DNA of 32,000 nt, taken from contig NC_000916.1 of NCBI RefSeq assembly GCF_000008645.1, positions 270,001 through 302,000 of the forward strand, given 5' to 3'. Positions within the stretch are counted from its first letter, which is position 1. Each line of letters opens with the position of its first letter. The notes beneath the pieces are model-generated. The model did no database searches. It saw nothing but the letters and a program-made list of their open reading frames with translations, and was not told the origin of the DNA. The stretch is from Methanothermobacter thermautotrophicus str. Delta H. GTDB taxonomy: Archaea > Methanobacteriota > Methanobacteria > Methanobacteriales > Methanothermobacteraceae. Below, piece after piece: positions 18,350 through 27,073 of this stretch. The translations under genes were made by a program, and so were the position numbers.

Positions 18350-18419
18350 TCCTATCCTATTCCTCCCTTAAACCTACAGCAGTAAAAATCTGTCGCACCC
18401 CACATCATCATACGAAAAG

Positions 18420-18428
18420 TTTAAATAA
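18420..18428 (+). promoter_or_regulatory. Candidate archaeal TATA box (TTTAAATAA) with a purine-rich BRE-like stretch upstream
   Basis: CGAAAAGTTTAAATAATATT ends about 22 nt before ATG 18450. This would give a leaderless or very short-leader transcript. Confidence 0.4.
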
Positions 18429-18449
18429 TATTACTTATTACTTTATTTC

Positions 18450-19040
18450 ATGGACTTAATAAAGATCGTGTCCTGCCTTGAGGAGGGCAACATCATCCAC
18501 TGCGGCGGGAACATCAGGGACACCTACCATGAACTCAGTGAAAGGGCAGAGGAACTCAACCTCCAAGCCGCCCTGGTCTACCTGGTATCACCCATGCCCC
18601 TCAAGGCAGGCCTCCTGGAGATAATGAGGGCCCATGACCCCGGTGCACAGGAGAAGCTTACCATCACAGAGATAATGACGGCCATAGCATCCCTCGAGAG
18701 GGAGACCTGGGTCTTCATGGACCACTTCGAGGACCTCACAGGGAAGGCGGCAGGCAAGTACCTCTGGCTACACACCCACGGGAGGGTGAAGTACATGGCC
18801 GGCCTCACCGGGACCTTCAGGGGTGAGGTCCAGTCCTTCTACTCAACCTTCAGGAAGCTCAACCCATCAAGGTGCCTGGATGGTGACTCAGTAGACGTTA
18901 CGGTCACGGTGATGGCCCTCATATCAGTCTTTGCCTCACTCTGCTACCTGAGGGCGGGTCTGGAGTACGGTATTCTTGTAACGAGCACGATCTGGTTTGC
19001 CCTCATAGTCTTCAGGACAATCAACTACATTGTAAGGTGA
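18450..19040 (+). CDS. Hypothetical protein with C-terminal transmembrane segments
   Basis: 196 aa. The N-terminal two-thirds is soluble. Two hydrophobic stretches follow (VTVTVMALISVFASLCYL, ILVTSTIWFALIVF). I recognise no family. Confidence 0.55.
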   Translation: MDLIKIVSCLEEGNIIHCGGNIRDTYHELSERAEELNLQAALVYLVSPMPLKAGLLEIMRAHDPGAQEKLTITEIMTAIASLERETWVFMDHFEDLTGKAAGKYLWLHTHGRVKYMAGLTGTFRGEVQSFYSTFRKLNPSRCLDGDSVDVTVTVMALISVFASLCYLRAGLEYGILVTSTIWFALIVFRTINYIVR

Positions 19041-19045
19041 AATAG

Positions 19046-19636
19046 GTGAAGTTAAGGACTCATGTAACAGCTGCAGTCGTTCTCTTCCTCCTGATCAACT
19101 TCCTGTACCCTGTAACGACAATCATCAAAGGGGCCCTCCTCGCCGGGGCTGCGGGTACAGTCCCTGACCTCCTGGATTACCTCACAGGGAGGCACAGGGG
19201 CATCGGACACACACTCCTAATTTTACCACCCCTTCTACTCTATTCACTGAAGAGTCCGGAGAACGGGGTCCCGCTCCTTGCTGGAATCACATCCCACATT
19301 CTCCTGGATCTCTTCACGGTCCATGGATGCCCCCTGCTCTACCCCCTCAAGGACACACCCTACCACTGCCTCCAGAGGAAGAAGAGGATAAAGACAGGGA
19401 CAGCCGGTGAGTGGGCCCTCCTATCATTCCTCATAGCCGTCACGGTGGTCACATCCCTGGTCTCGGCGGGCGCACCCGATGATGCACTCCACCCCCAGCT
19501 CAGCAACAGCAGCAGGGAGGGGCAGTGCAGGACCATGAGTGTGGACATCCAGGTTGATGCGGACAGGGACGTCAACGTGACCTCCTACCACACCAATGGC
19601 TCAGAGAGCATCTTCGTGGACTTCAAGGATGATTGA
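19046..19636 (+). CDS. Membrane-bound metal-dependent hydrolase, YdjM/DUF457-like
   Basis: GTG start. DLLDYLTGRHRGIGHTLL and ITSHILLDLFTVHGCPLLYPL match the DUF457 His/Asp motifs embedded in TM helices. Confidence 0.6.
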   Translation: MKLRTHVTAAVVLFLLINFLYPVTTIIKGALLAGAAGTVPDLLDYLTGRHRGIGHTLLILPPLLLYSLKSPENGVPLLAGITSHILLDLFTVHGCPLLYPLKDTPYHCLQRKKRIKTGTAGEWALLSFLIAVTVVTSLVSAGAPDDALHPQLSNSSREGQCRTMSVDIQVDADRDVNVTSYHTNGSESIFVDFKDD

Positions 19637-19729
19637 AAACTAACACTTTTTAATACATTTATTACTGGAGTAAATAATCAAAAACTTTTTATTATCAAAT
19701 AAGTAATACTATTTCTGCAATTTAATCAT

Positions 19730-19738
19730 GGAGGTGAT
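19730..19738 (+). promoter_or_regulatory. Shine-Dalgarno site GGAGGTGAT for the CobN-like gene
   Basis: It is a perfect complement to the canonical 16S 3' end (AUCACCUCC). The GGAGG core ends 7 nt before ATG 19742. Confidence 0.65.
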
Positions 19739-19741
19739 TGG

Positions 19742-22700
19742 ATGGAAGGCATCAGAGTAATACTTATGGCAGTGTTCCTGGTCTTTGTCCTGCCGGGAAC
19801 GGTGAGTGCAGAGAACACAGCAGACAACGGGACAGTGGATGTTCTTGTGATACACTCCATTGAGGGTACCAGGGTCGTGAATGATGCAGCCCACCGGGTC
19901 CTCGAGGAGTACCCTGACAGGAACATCACAGTGAGGGTCAGAAGCTCACCCCAGATAGTTAACTCCACACCGGAGGAGATAGAGGCCCTCCTCAACTCAT
20001 CCGACGTTATAATATGCAACTACCTGGGGACAGATGACTATACAAAGATACTGAGGGTCCTGACAGATAAACCAGAGATCCTGAATGGCAAATTTTTCGC
20101 ACTCTTTGACGGTGCAAGCGGAATCGAGCTTGTGAGGATGAGCAGGATAAATGATACGCAGGTTTTCAGTGGCGTCCCTGACACCGTGGTGACTGCGGTG
20201 AGCAGGGCCCTGAGGGTCCTCGAGCCACTCCCATTCCTCGAAGGCTACGTAAACCAGTACCCCCAGATAGCCATCTGGGCCCAGGGTGAAGGATACTACT
20301 GCTACAGGAACGTGGAGAGCTACAGGAACCAGATACTATGGGCTGCCGATACATGGGCACGTACAAGGAACATCACACTGAACGTGACCTATGGTCCTCC
20401 AAGGGCCGTTTCAAGGGAACTGCTCTACCGTGACGGAAAACTCTACGATAACCTCACTGATTACCTCAGGGACTACCCCATCGACCCATCAAGACCAACG
20501 GTCGGCCTGATAGAGGCAGAAAGTAACATGCTCGGAGGTGGCGCAGCGCACATAGACATGCTCATAGACAGACTGAAGGACACCCTCAACATAATCTCGG
20601 TGGTTGCAAGGTACGGTGATAACGCCTACTCTGCAATGGTGAGGTTCTTCACCACGGCACCGAATATTGCTGCATTCGAGGCAAACAGGACCCTCTACAC
20701 ATCACGTGTGGAGGCCATTGTATCATTCAGCACCTACCTCCTCGGGGGGACATCATCAGAGAAGGTTAACAGCCTCCTCAAGTTCATGAACGTCCCGGTA
20801 CTGAGGGGGGTCGTGGTGAACACAAGGACCGTTGATGACTGGCTCGTCTCCAGTGATGGTGTCACACCATGGAGCAGGGATGACATAATGGGACAGGCAG
20901 GCTTCCCGGAGACCCAGGGCCTCATAGAACCCATAATCATCGCTGCAGCAGAATTCCAGGCCGATAACATCACAGGGGCATACACATACTCCTACTCACC
21001 ATTACCTGACAGAATAGAGAAACTGGCGCAGAGACTCATAAACTGGGTCAACCTGAGAATAAAACCAGAATCAGAGAAGAAGATAGCCATAATCTACTAC
21101 AACTACCCCCCAGGAAAATCAGAGATCGGTGCAAGCTACCTCAACGTACCAGAGAGCATATATGAAATCCTTCTGAACCTCCGGGCCAGCGGCTACAGCG
21201 CAGGTAACATCTCAGGCGCAGCTGAACTCATAGGCCTCATGGTTGAGAGGGGGATAAACATTGCAAACTGGGCCCCCGGCGAACTCGAGAGACTGGCAGA
21301 TACCCCGGGTGTCGTACTGTGGGATGCAGAGGAATATCAGGCATGGTTCCAGACCCTCAACCCCATCGCAAGGAGATACGTCACAGAGGGCCCCACGGCA
21401 TACATTGAGGAGCTGGTGAAGCTGGCCCTCAGCAGAGGTACCAGCGCAGTCACACTGATGAAGACAGTGGACACATGGTACGCTGAGATGAAGGACAACA
21501 TAAAATCATCTGAGAAACAGGTGGAGGGACTTCAGCTCCTTGAGGTCATGTACACCGCACTCAGGGGAGTAATAAATGGCAACTCCAGCATGTGGACCAC
21601 ATTCAGGGCGGCCAGGGAGTCATTCATGTTACTTGCCATACCCGGACTCTGCGGGTGGGGTGAGGCCCCTGGCAACGTCATGACGGTTACAAGGAACGGC
21701 CGGAAGTACATCGTCATACCCGGATTCATCCTTGGAAACGTCTTCATAGGGCCCCAGCCCCAGCGTGGATGGGAGGCCGACCCTGAAATGCTGTACAGTG
21801 TTGGCATACTGCCTCCACACCACCAGTACCTCGCATACTATGCATGGATAAACAGGGTCTTCAATGCCAGTGCAATGATACACATGGGTACAATGGGAAG
21901 CTACGAGTGGCTGCCCGGGAAGGAGGTGATGCTATCAGAATATGACTTCCCGGACATTGTCGTCGATACAACACCATCCATATACATATACCGCGTTGAT
22001 AACGCCGCCGATGGACTTGCAGCAAAGAGGAGGGGCCTTGCAGTTATAATAGACCACCTGACACCTGCAATGAAATCAACGACCCTGTACGGCGAACTCC
22101 TCCAGCTCAAAAACCTCATAACAGGCTACAAGAATGCAGCGGATGATCCGCTCAGGAACCAGTACCTTGCAGAGATAAGAACAGCGGCACTCAAAGCAAA
22201 GCTCGGGGATGAACTGGGCCTCAACATTGAAAACACGACAGCCGATGCACTCATACCTGCAATATCATCATATCTCCTGAAGATTGAGGGCACCCTCATA
22301 CCCTACGGTTTACACACCTTTGGAAGGGAATGGAGCCATGAGGCCATTACCTACATGGTGGCCTCAATGATCTCAACCGGTGACACATCCATCTACCGCT
22401 TACTGGCAGCAGATTATGGATGGATCTACGAGGAAATCACAGTTGATCAGCGAATGATACTGGAGAACAGGACACTTGAAATGATCCAGGCCCTCTTAAA
22501 CGGCTCGAAACCAGAGAACATCACGTCCTCACCGGACATCATTGCAGTGCTCCGGAGCGCAGCAGAGTACATTGAACTCATCAGGAACAGCACCAGGATG
22601 GAGATGTCATCCCTCCTCAACGCACTCGCAGGGGGCTACGTGGAGCCGGGACTCGGTAAGGAGCCCCTGATGAACCCATCAGCACTGCCCACAGGGAGGA

Positions 22701-24427
22701 ACTTCTACACAATAGATCCAAGCATAGTGCCCACATCAGCGGCCTACAGTCTGGGAGCAGAGATAGTGAGGAAGGTCCTCGCCACCTACACCGAGCCTCC
22801 AGAGAAGCTTGCAGTGGTAATCTGGGGAGTGGACACAGCAAGGGACGACGGGGCCATGGTCGGATTCGTCCTGAACCTCCTCGGTGTGAAGCCGATATGG
22901 AGCAGCTCAGGACAGGTGACAGGCGTGACACTGATACCGCTGAGTGAACTCGGAAGACCAAGAATAGACGCCGTGGTCACAGTGAGCGGACTCTTCAGGG
23001 ACGTCTATGGACAGGCAGCCGTAACAATGGACAGGGCCTTCCGCCTGGCTCTTGCGGCATCCTACCGCACAGTACTCACAGAGCACCCCGAGGTTTCAGA
23101 GGCCCTTGAGGCAGCCGTCAAACCCCTCAGAGCTGTTAAACTCTTCCAGGAGGGAAATGACCCCATCCAGATGAACAGGGTGGCAGGGCACTGGCTTGAA
23201 CTTGTCCTCAAATACATGAACGCCGGTATGAATGCATCAACAGCAGGTAACCTTGCAATATACAGGATATTCGCTCCACCCATGGGATCATATGGTACAG
23301 GGGTCAAGGAGGCAGGTGAGATGTCCTGGACCTACAATAACACGGATGAACTCGCAGATCTTTTCATAAGCCGCATGGGCACATCATATTCCGAGACGGG
23401 ATGGGGTGTTAAGAACGTCGACCTCTTCGCGGACCTCCTGAAAGGTGTATCAGCGGTCTACCAGGGAAGAAGCACATACCTCGTTGGTGTGGCAGAGAAC
23501 GATGACATGGCAGACTACCTTGGAGGATTATCACTGGCCATAAAGAAACTCACAGGAACTGCGCCATCAGTCAACATCATAACAACAGCAGCAGGAAACC
23601 CCCAGTTAATGTCACTGCAGGAGGCACTGGCCCTTGATATGAGGTCAAGGTACCTTAACCCTGAATATGTGAGATCACTCATCTCTGAGGGCTATGCTGG
23701 TGCCAACAGATTATCAACCGCAGTGCGATCCATATGGTTATGGCAGACCACGGCACCCGGAAGTGTTCCCTCATGGACATGGGATGCGCTCGCCGACACA
23801 TACATAAGGGATGTTAATGGGCTGGGTGTCAGGGACTGGCTTTCAGGCAGGAACTCCTATGCACTGATAAGCATAACCGGTACAATGCTCACAGCTGCAT
23901 ATGAGGGCCACTGGAATCCTGATGAGGCCACCCTGCGACTGCTTGCATCAACATGGGCATCACTGACAGCCGAGAACGGTGTAGCCTGCTGTGACTGCAG
24001 CTGCGGTAACATAGCAATGATGCAGTGGACCATGCAGTACCTCAACCCGGATCTTCTCTCAAGGGTCAGGGAGAAACTCTACGCTGCCACCAGGAGCTCA
24101 GCATTCGCACCAGCCTCAGATGGAGGATCCACACCAGGAGTCCCATCAAATCCAGGAACAGTGACTCCAGGAACATCAGAGAACCATGATGGAGGATCAG
24201 CACACTCCACAGGATCCTCAAGGAGAGCCACAAGCCCCGAAACAGAAACAGAGTCGTCAGACACTTCTCCAGGTGAGACAGGTACCGGCAGCGCCTATGA
24301 GGTCACTGAGAAGGGAGGAACTGTGCAGGCGAAAACAGGTCTCCCGGTAGCAGCCATACTGGGTGTTGTTGTCCTCGTTGCCCTTGTGGGTGTTGGATAC
24401 TTCATTGGAGGGAAGGGGAGGATCTGA
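19742..24427 (+). CDS. CobN/Mg-chelatase-H-family protein with N-terminal signal peptide and C-terminal Ser/Thr/Pro/Gly-rich linker plus TM anchor
   Basis: 1561 aa. CobN-type motifs are ALAGGYVEPGLGKEPLMNPSALPTGRNFYTIDPSIVPT, GLHTFGREW and VIWGVDTARDDG. The signal-like N-terminus is MEGIRVILMAVFLVFVLPGTVSA/EN. The C-terminal anchor is GLPVAAILGVVVLVALVGVGYFIGGKGRI. Confidence 0.8.
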   Translation: MEGIRVILMAVFLVFVLPGTVSAENTADNGTVDVLVIHSIEGTRVVNDAAHRVLEEYPDRNITVRVRSSPQIVNSTPEEIEALLNSSDVIICNYLGTDDYTKILRVLTDKPEILNGKFFALFDGASGIELVRMSRINDTQVFSGVPDTVVTAVSRALRVLEPLPFLEGYVNQYPQIAIWAQGEGYYCYRNVESYRNQILWAADTWARTRNITLNVTYGPPRAVSRELLYRDGKLYDNLTDYLRDYPIDPSRPTVGLIEAESNMLGGGAAHIDMLIDRLKDTLNIISVVARYGDNAYSAMVRFFTTAPNIAAFEANRTLYTSRVEAIVSFSTYLLGGTSSEKVNSLLKFMNVPVLRGVVVNTRTVDDWLVSSDGVTPWSRDDIMGQAGFPETQGLIEPIIIAAAEFQADNITGAYTYSYSPLPDRIEKLAQRLINWVNLRIKPESEKKIAIIYYNYPPGKSEIGASYLNVPESIYEILLNLRASGYSAGNISGAAELIGLMVERGINIANWAPGELERLADTPGVVLWDAEEYQAWFQTLNPIARRYVTEGPTAYIEELVKLALSRGTSAVTLMKTVDTWYAEMKDNIKSSEKQVEGLQLLEVMYTALRGVINGNSSMWTTFRAARESFMLLAIPGLCGWGEAPGNVMTVTRNGRKYIVIPGFILGNVFIGPQPQRGWEADPEMLYSVGILPPHHQYLAYYAWINRVFNASAMIHMGTMGSYEWLPGKEVMLSEYDFPDIVVDTTPSIYIYRVDNAADGLAAKRRGLAVIIDHLTPAMKSTTLYGELLQLKNLITGYKNAADDPLRNQYLAEIRTAALKAKLGDELGLNIENTTADALIPAISSYLLKIEGTLIPYGLHTFGREWSHEAITYMVASMISTGDTSIYRLLAADYGWIYEEITVDQRMILENRTLEMIQALLNGSKPENITSSPDIIAVLRSAAEYIELIRNSTRMEMSSLLNALAGGYVEPGLGKEPLMNPSALPTGRNFYTIDPSIVPTSAAYSLGAEIVRKVLATYTEPPEKLAVVIWGVDTARDDGAMVGFVLNLLGVKPIWSSSGQVTGVTLIPLSELGRPRIDAVVTVSGLFRDVYGQAAVTMDRAFRLALAASYRTVLTEHPEVSEALEAAVKPLRAVKLFQEGNDPIQMNRVAGHWLELVLKYMNAGMNASTAGNLAIYRIFAPPMGSYGTGVKEAGEMSWTYNNTDELADLFISRMGTSYSETGWGVKNVDLFADLLKGVSAVYQGRSTYLVGVAENDDMADYLGGLSLAIKKLTGTAPSVNIITTAAGNPQLMSLQEALALDMRSRYLNPEYVRSLISEGYAGANRLSTAVRSIWLWQTTAPGSVPSWTWDALADTYIRDVNGLGVRDWLSGRNSYALISITGTMLTAAYEGHWNPDEATLRLLASTWASLTAENGVACCDCSCGNIAMMQWTMQYLNPDLLSRVREKLYAATRSSAFAPASDGGSTPGVPSNPGTVTPGTSENHDGGSAHSTGSSRRATSPETETESSDTSPGETGTGSAYEVTEKGGTVQAKTGLPVAAILGVVVLVALVGVGYFIGGKGRI

Positions 24428-24441
24428 ACTCCCCACCCACA

Positions 24442-24451
24442 TTTATTTTTT
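24442..24451 (+). terminator. Oligo-T archaeal terminator candidate after the CobN-like gene
   Basis: TTTATTTTTT begins 15 nt after the stop. A second T5 run lies at 24465-24469. Confidence 0.4.
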
Positions 24452-24583
24452 CTCTGATCGATTGTTTTTACCTGTATAAACCGGGACCAGGCCTCGTTTA
24501 TTCTGTGAGCTACAGAATGCAGTAAAAATAGTTTATTTGCTTGTATCTGCCCATGGTCTTGTCGGTACTCCATCGAGTGAAAA

Positions 24584-24979
24584 TCAGGGGTTTATTTGCT
24601 TCTTCACTGACAGGTCCTCTAGAACATCCTCATAGTCCCTCCGCCAGGGAGGGGAGACTATGCAAAGGAATGAGAGCTCCGACTTCCCGGTGTTCTCAAT
24701 GTACTGGACAGCACCGGAGGGTATATGGATGGCGTCACCCTCCTTCACTGTGAATGACTCATCATCGATGTGCATGGTGGCCTCACCCTCCATGATGTAG
24801 TAGACCTCCACTGATTCCCTCAGACGGTGGGGCTTCGAGGCCTCACCTCTCCTGAGGATGGCATGGGCCAGGCTGAAGCCCATATCCAGGCCCTCATTGT
24901 CCGGGTGCAGGAGCTCACAGAGGAGGGTCCCGTCAGCGGCCCTGAAATAATCGCACTCCCTGATATTCCTTATGTTCAT
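24584..24979 (-). CDS. Cupin-domain protein
   Basis: 131 aa. The cupin motifs are HRLRESVEVYYIMEGEATMHIDDESFTVKEGDAIHIPSGAVQYIENTG. GAGGT lies 7 nt upstream of the ATG. Confidence 0.75.
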   Translation of the reverse strand: MNIRNIRECDYFRAADGTLLCELLHPDNEGLDMGFSLAHAILRRGEASKPHRLRESVEVYYIMEGEATMHIDDESFTVKEGDAIHIPSGAVQYIENTGKSELSFLCIVSPPWRRDYEDVLEDLSVKKQINP

Positions 24980-25073
24980 TGCCGGTACCTCATAGAGTTC
25001 ACATGTAAAGGTCCTTTTTAAGCCGGGTCATTGCCGGTACCTCATAGAGTTCACATGTAAAAGTCCTTTTTAA
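24976..25073. repeat. Tandem duplication: two 46-bp copies, period 52 bp
   Basis: 24976-25021 and 25028-25073 differ at one position (25010 G versus 25062 A). Copy 1 holds the cupin start codon. Copy 2 holds the stop and last codons of 25051..25689. Confidence 0.9.
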
Positions 25074-25689
25074 CCCTCCGGGCCTCCCATGGCTTTCCCT
25101 GGGGGTGGTGGATGTAGTCTGCACTTAGAACTATACGACCATTCTCTGACCTCAGGGTGAAGTTCCCACCGAAGAACGTCTCAACCCCGTTTATCCTGAA
25201 GTCCCCCTTAAAGGTCCTGCCGTCGTTGCTGAAGTTCCCGCCACCGTCCCAGGCAGCGCAGGTCATCCTGTAGTGACCCCTCAGCGGTGTGCTGAACATT
25301 GCAGACTTCAGGTCACCCCTGAGGAGTAGGTAGATCGTGTTCCAGGTGACGTCGATGTGGTCTATGTGTCCGGTGCCGCTCAGACCGCTCTCATTGTAAC
25401 ATATGGGTGTACCGTTGACCTCATGGGTGTCGAAGTTCTCAGCCCCCGGGAGGACTATGCTGAAATTGAAGTCTCTCCCGGTACCGTTTATGGAGTAGTA
25501 TCCTCCAAGTGAAGCCTCCCCCGCCTTATTTGAGGGTATGGATGTGTAGGATGTGTAACTGTAGGGTATCTGTGAGAATATGGCCTCATCAAAGAACTCA
25601 ACTGCAAGTACAGGGGCCCCGACAGCCACCACAACTACGGCCATGATTATGAGCACTCTCCTGTCCATTAAATTCCTCCATTCTGTCAT
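25051..25689 (-). CDS. Exported or membrane-anchored hypothetical protein
   Basis: 212 aa. The N-terminal hydrophobic anchor is RRVLIIMAVVVVAVGAPVLAV. There are six N-x-S/T sequons. ATG 25668 is an alternative start, preceded by GGAGGA with a 5-nt spacer. Confidence 0.6.
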   Translation of the reverse strand: MTEWRNLMDRRVLIIMAVVVVAVGAPVLAVEFFDEAIFSQIPYSYTSYTSIPSNKAGEASLGGYYSINGTGRDFNFSIVLPGAENFDTHEVNGTPICYNESGLSGTGHIDHIDVTWNTIYLLLRGDLKSAMFSTPLRGHYRMTCAAWDGGGNFSNDGRTFKGDFRINGVETFFGGNFTLRSENGRIVLSADYIHHPQGKPWEARRVKKDFYM

Positions 25690-25736
25690 GATGTTAAGGG
25701 ATCCCCCTGAACACTATCAATTATCTGCCTTCAATG

Positions 25737-26630
25737 TTAAGTGATTATCCTCATCCTCTTCACCGGCCTCCCATCATCCCAGGTCCCCATCCCTGTGAGT
25801 TCATCCATATCTGCAGAGGTGAGGGTGTCATCCTCCAGGTTAATGAGGATGTCAAGGACCTTCCAGTAGCCACTGTAATCCAGGTTATCCACGAGTAAAC
25901 CGTATTCGTCTGAGACCGCAAATGGTGAGAGATGATCAGCCACCAGGGTCCTGTCTGACTGTACAAGGAGGAAGATCTTCCTGCCGGATGGTATCTGGGG
26001 GGTCATCCTCATTATACGGTGGGAGTCAGCGGTACCCGTGATGGTGTCCGCGTCACCGGCCATCACAACCAGGATGACGTCCCCTGGAATTTTTGAGAGG
26101 TTCTGGAGTTTCCTTCCACCCTCTGAGTCCCCTGGCTGGATTGAGAGCACCGCCACGGGTTTGGGGATGTCACCCCTCGCTGCGAGGTTGACCGCTATGA
26201 TCCCTCCTGCTGAGTGCCCTGCAATGTACAGTCTTCCATCGAATTCGCCGTCGAGGTCACCGAGGGATTTTCTGACAGCGTAGGCGGTGTTCTCTGTGAA
26301 GTTCTCTGAGCTGGTATCAAGGAGGTTCTGATAGCGGGGGTAGACCACGATTCTACCATCCCCTACAAGGTGCCTTATCCAGGCCATATAGAAGATGGGT
26401 TCAGTGGCTGCCCAGCCATGGATGAGGACCACCACGGGGTATCTTCCAGGTGCTGCAGGTCTGAATATCCAGTACCTCTGACTCCCCTCACCATGGACCT
26501 CGCTCACCATCCCCTCATAGGGCGACCCATCCATGTTCACCTGGGGAATGGCAACAGGTCCTGCATGGACCGGGACTGAACCGAGGATCAGGGTGATGAG
26601 AACCAGTCCCGCTTTAATAAAGGGTTCCAT
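25737..26630 (-). CDS. Secreted alpha/beta-fold hydrolase (esterase/lipase-like)
   Basis: 297 aa. The signal-like N-terminus is MEPFIKAGLVLITLILGSVPVHAG. It has VVVLIHGW and the nucleophile elbow GHSAGG. Confidence 0.7.
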   Translation of the reverse strand: MEPFIKAGLVLITLILGSVPVHAGPVAIPQVNMDGSPYEGMVSEVHGEGSQRYWIFRPAAPGRYPVVVLIHGWAATEPIFYMAWIRHLVGDGRIVVYPRYQNLLDTSSENFTENTAYAVRKSLGDLDGEFDGRLYIAGHSAGGIIAVNLAARGDIPKPVAVLSIQPGDSEGGRKLQNLSKIPGDVILVVMAGDADTITGTADSHRIMRMTPQIPSGRKIFLLVQSDRTLVADHLSPFAVSDEYGLLVDNLDYSGYWKVLDILINLEDDTLTSADMDELTGMGTWDDGRPVKRMRIIT

Positions 26631-26941
26631 ATGATAATTATTTACCGCTGGTTAATTAATCTTTCATCTTTTCATGTGAAAATTCAGATATCTGCTTAAT
26701 CACCAGGACGGCTCTCCTCAGCTCAACACTATCTGGAGGAGAATCCTCACACATGTTGATGACGGTATAGTGGGGCCGGGTGCAGGGTGGAGGGCGAAAA
26801 TGAGGTTAAGGGCGGAGCTCCTGGAAAACCATCCTCTGATCTGGAGACAAATCATGGAATAACCCGCTAACTCCCTTACAGGGGAGACCGTGGACTCTGC
26901 TGGGATGAGCCATAACGGAGGGGATATGACGTCAGGGCGTC

Positions 26942-27073
26942 TCAGCGCCCTCCTTCAAGGCATATACGGGCCCCGCATGATGGACATACAATGTAGTAGA
27001 AGTGCGCCCTCTGGCTGCCATAAACCTCGGCCACAACATTGGCCCTGCAAAGCGGGCAGAAAAGGCGTTTCAT
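26942..27073 (-). CDS. Small zinc-ribbon protein (43 aa), below the ORF-track length cut-off
   Basis: Hand translation gives MKRLFCPLCRANVVAEVYGSQRAHFYYIVCPSCGARICLEGGR. The two CxxC knuckles are 20 residues apart. G-rich GGTTGGGGGT and an AT-rich TTTATAAT element lie upstream on the minus strand. Confidence 0.45.
   Translation of the reverse strand: MKRLFCPLCRANVVAEVYGSQRAHFYYIVCPSCGARICLEGGR

Noticed and set aside
24976-25073. The possibility that the 46-bp direct repeats are a CRISPR array or a mobile-element end.
   Set aside because: There are only two copies with a 6-bp spacer. They overlap coding ends and start codons of flanking genes. No cas or transposase genes are nearby.
26700-26941. 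Testing the GC-rich gap as SRP RNA, RNase P RNA or a tRNA.
   Set aside because: I could not find the conserved SRP helix-8 GGAAGGGAGCA-type motif, the RNase P CR-I or CR-V motifs, or a cloverleaf on either strand. It is kept only as a low-interest unexplained region.
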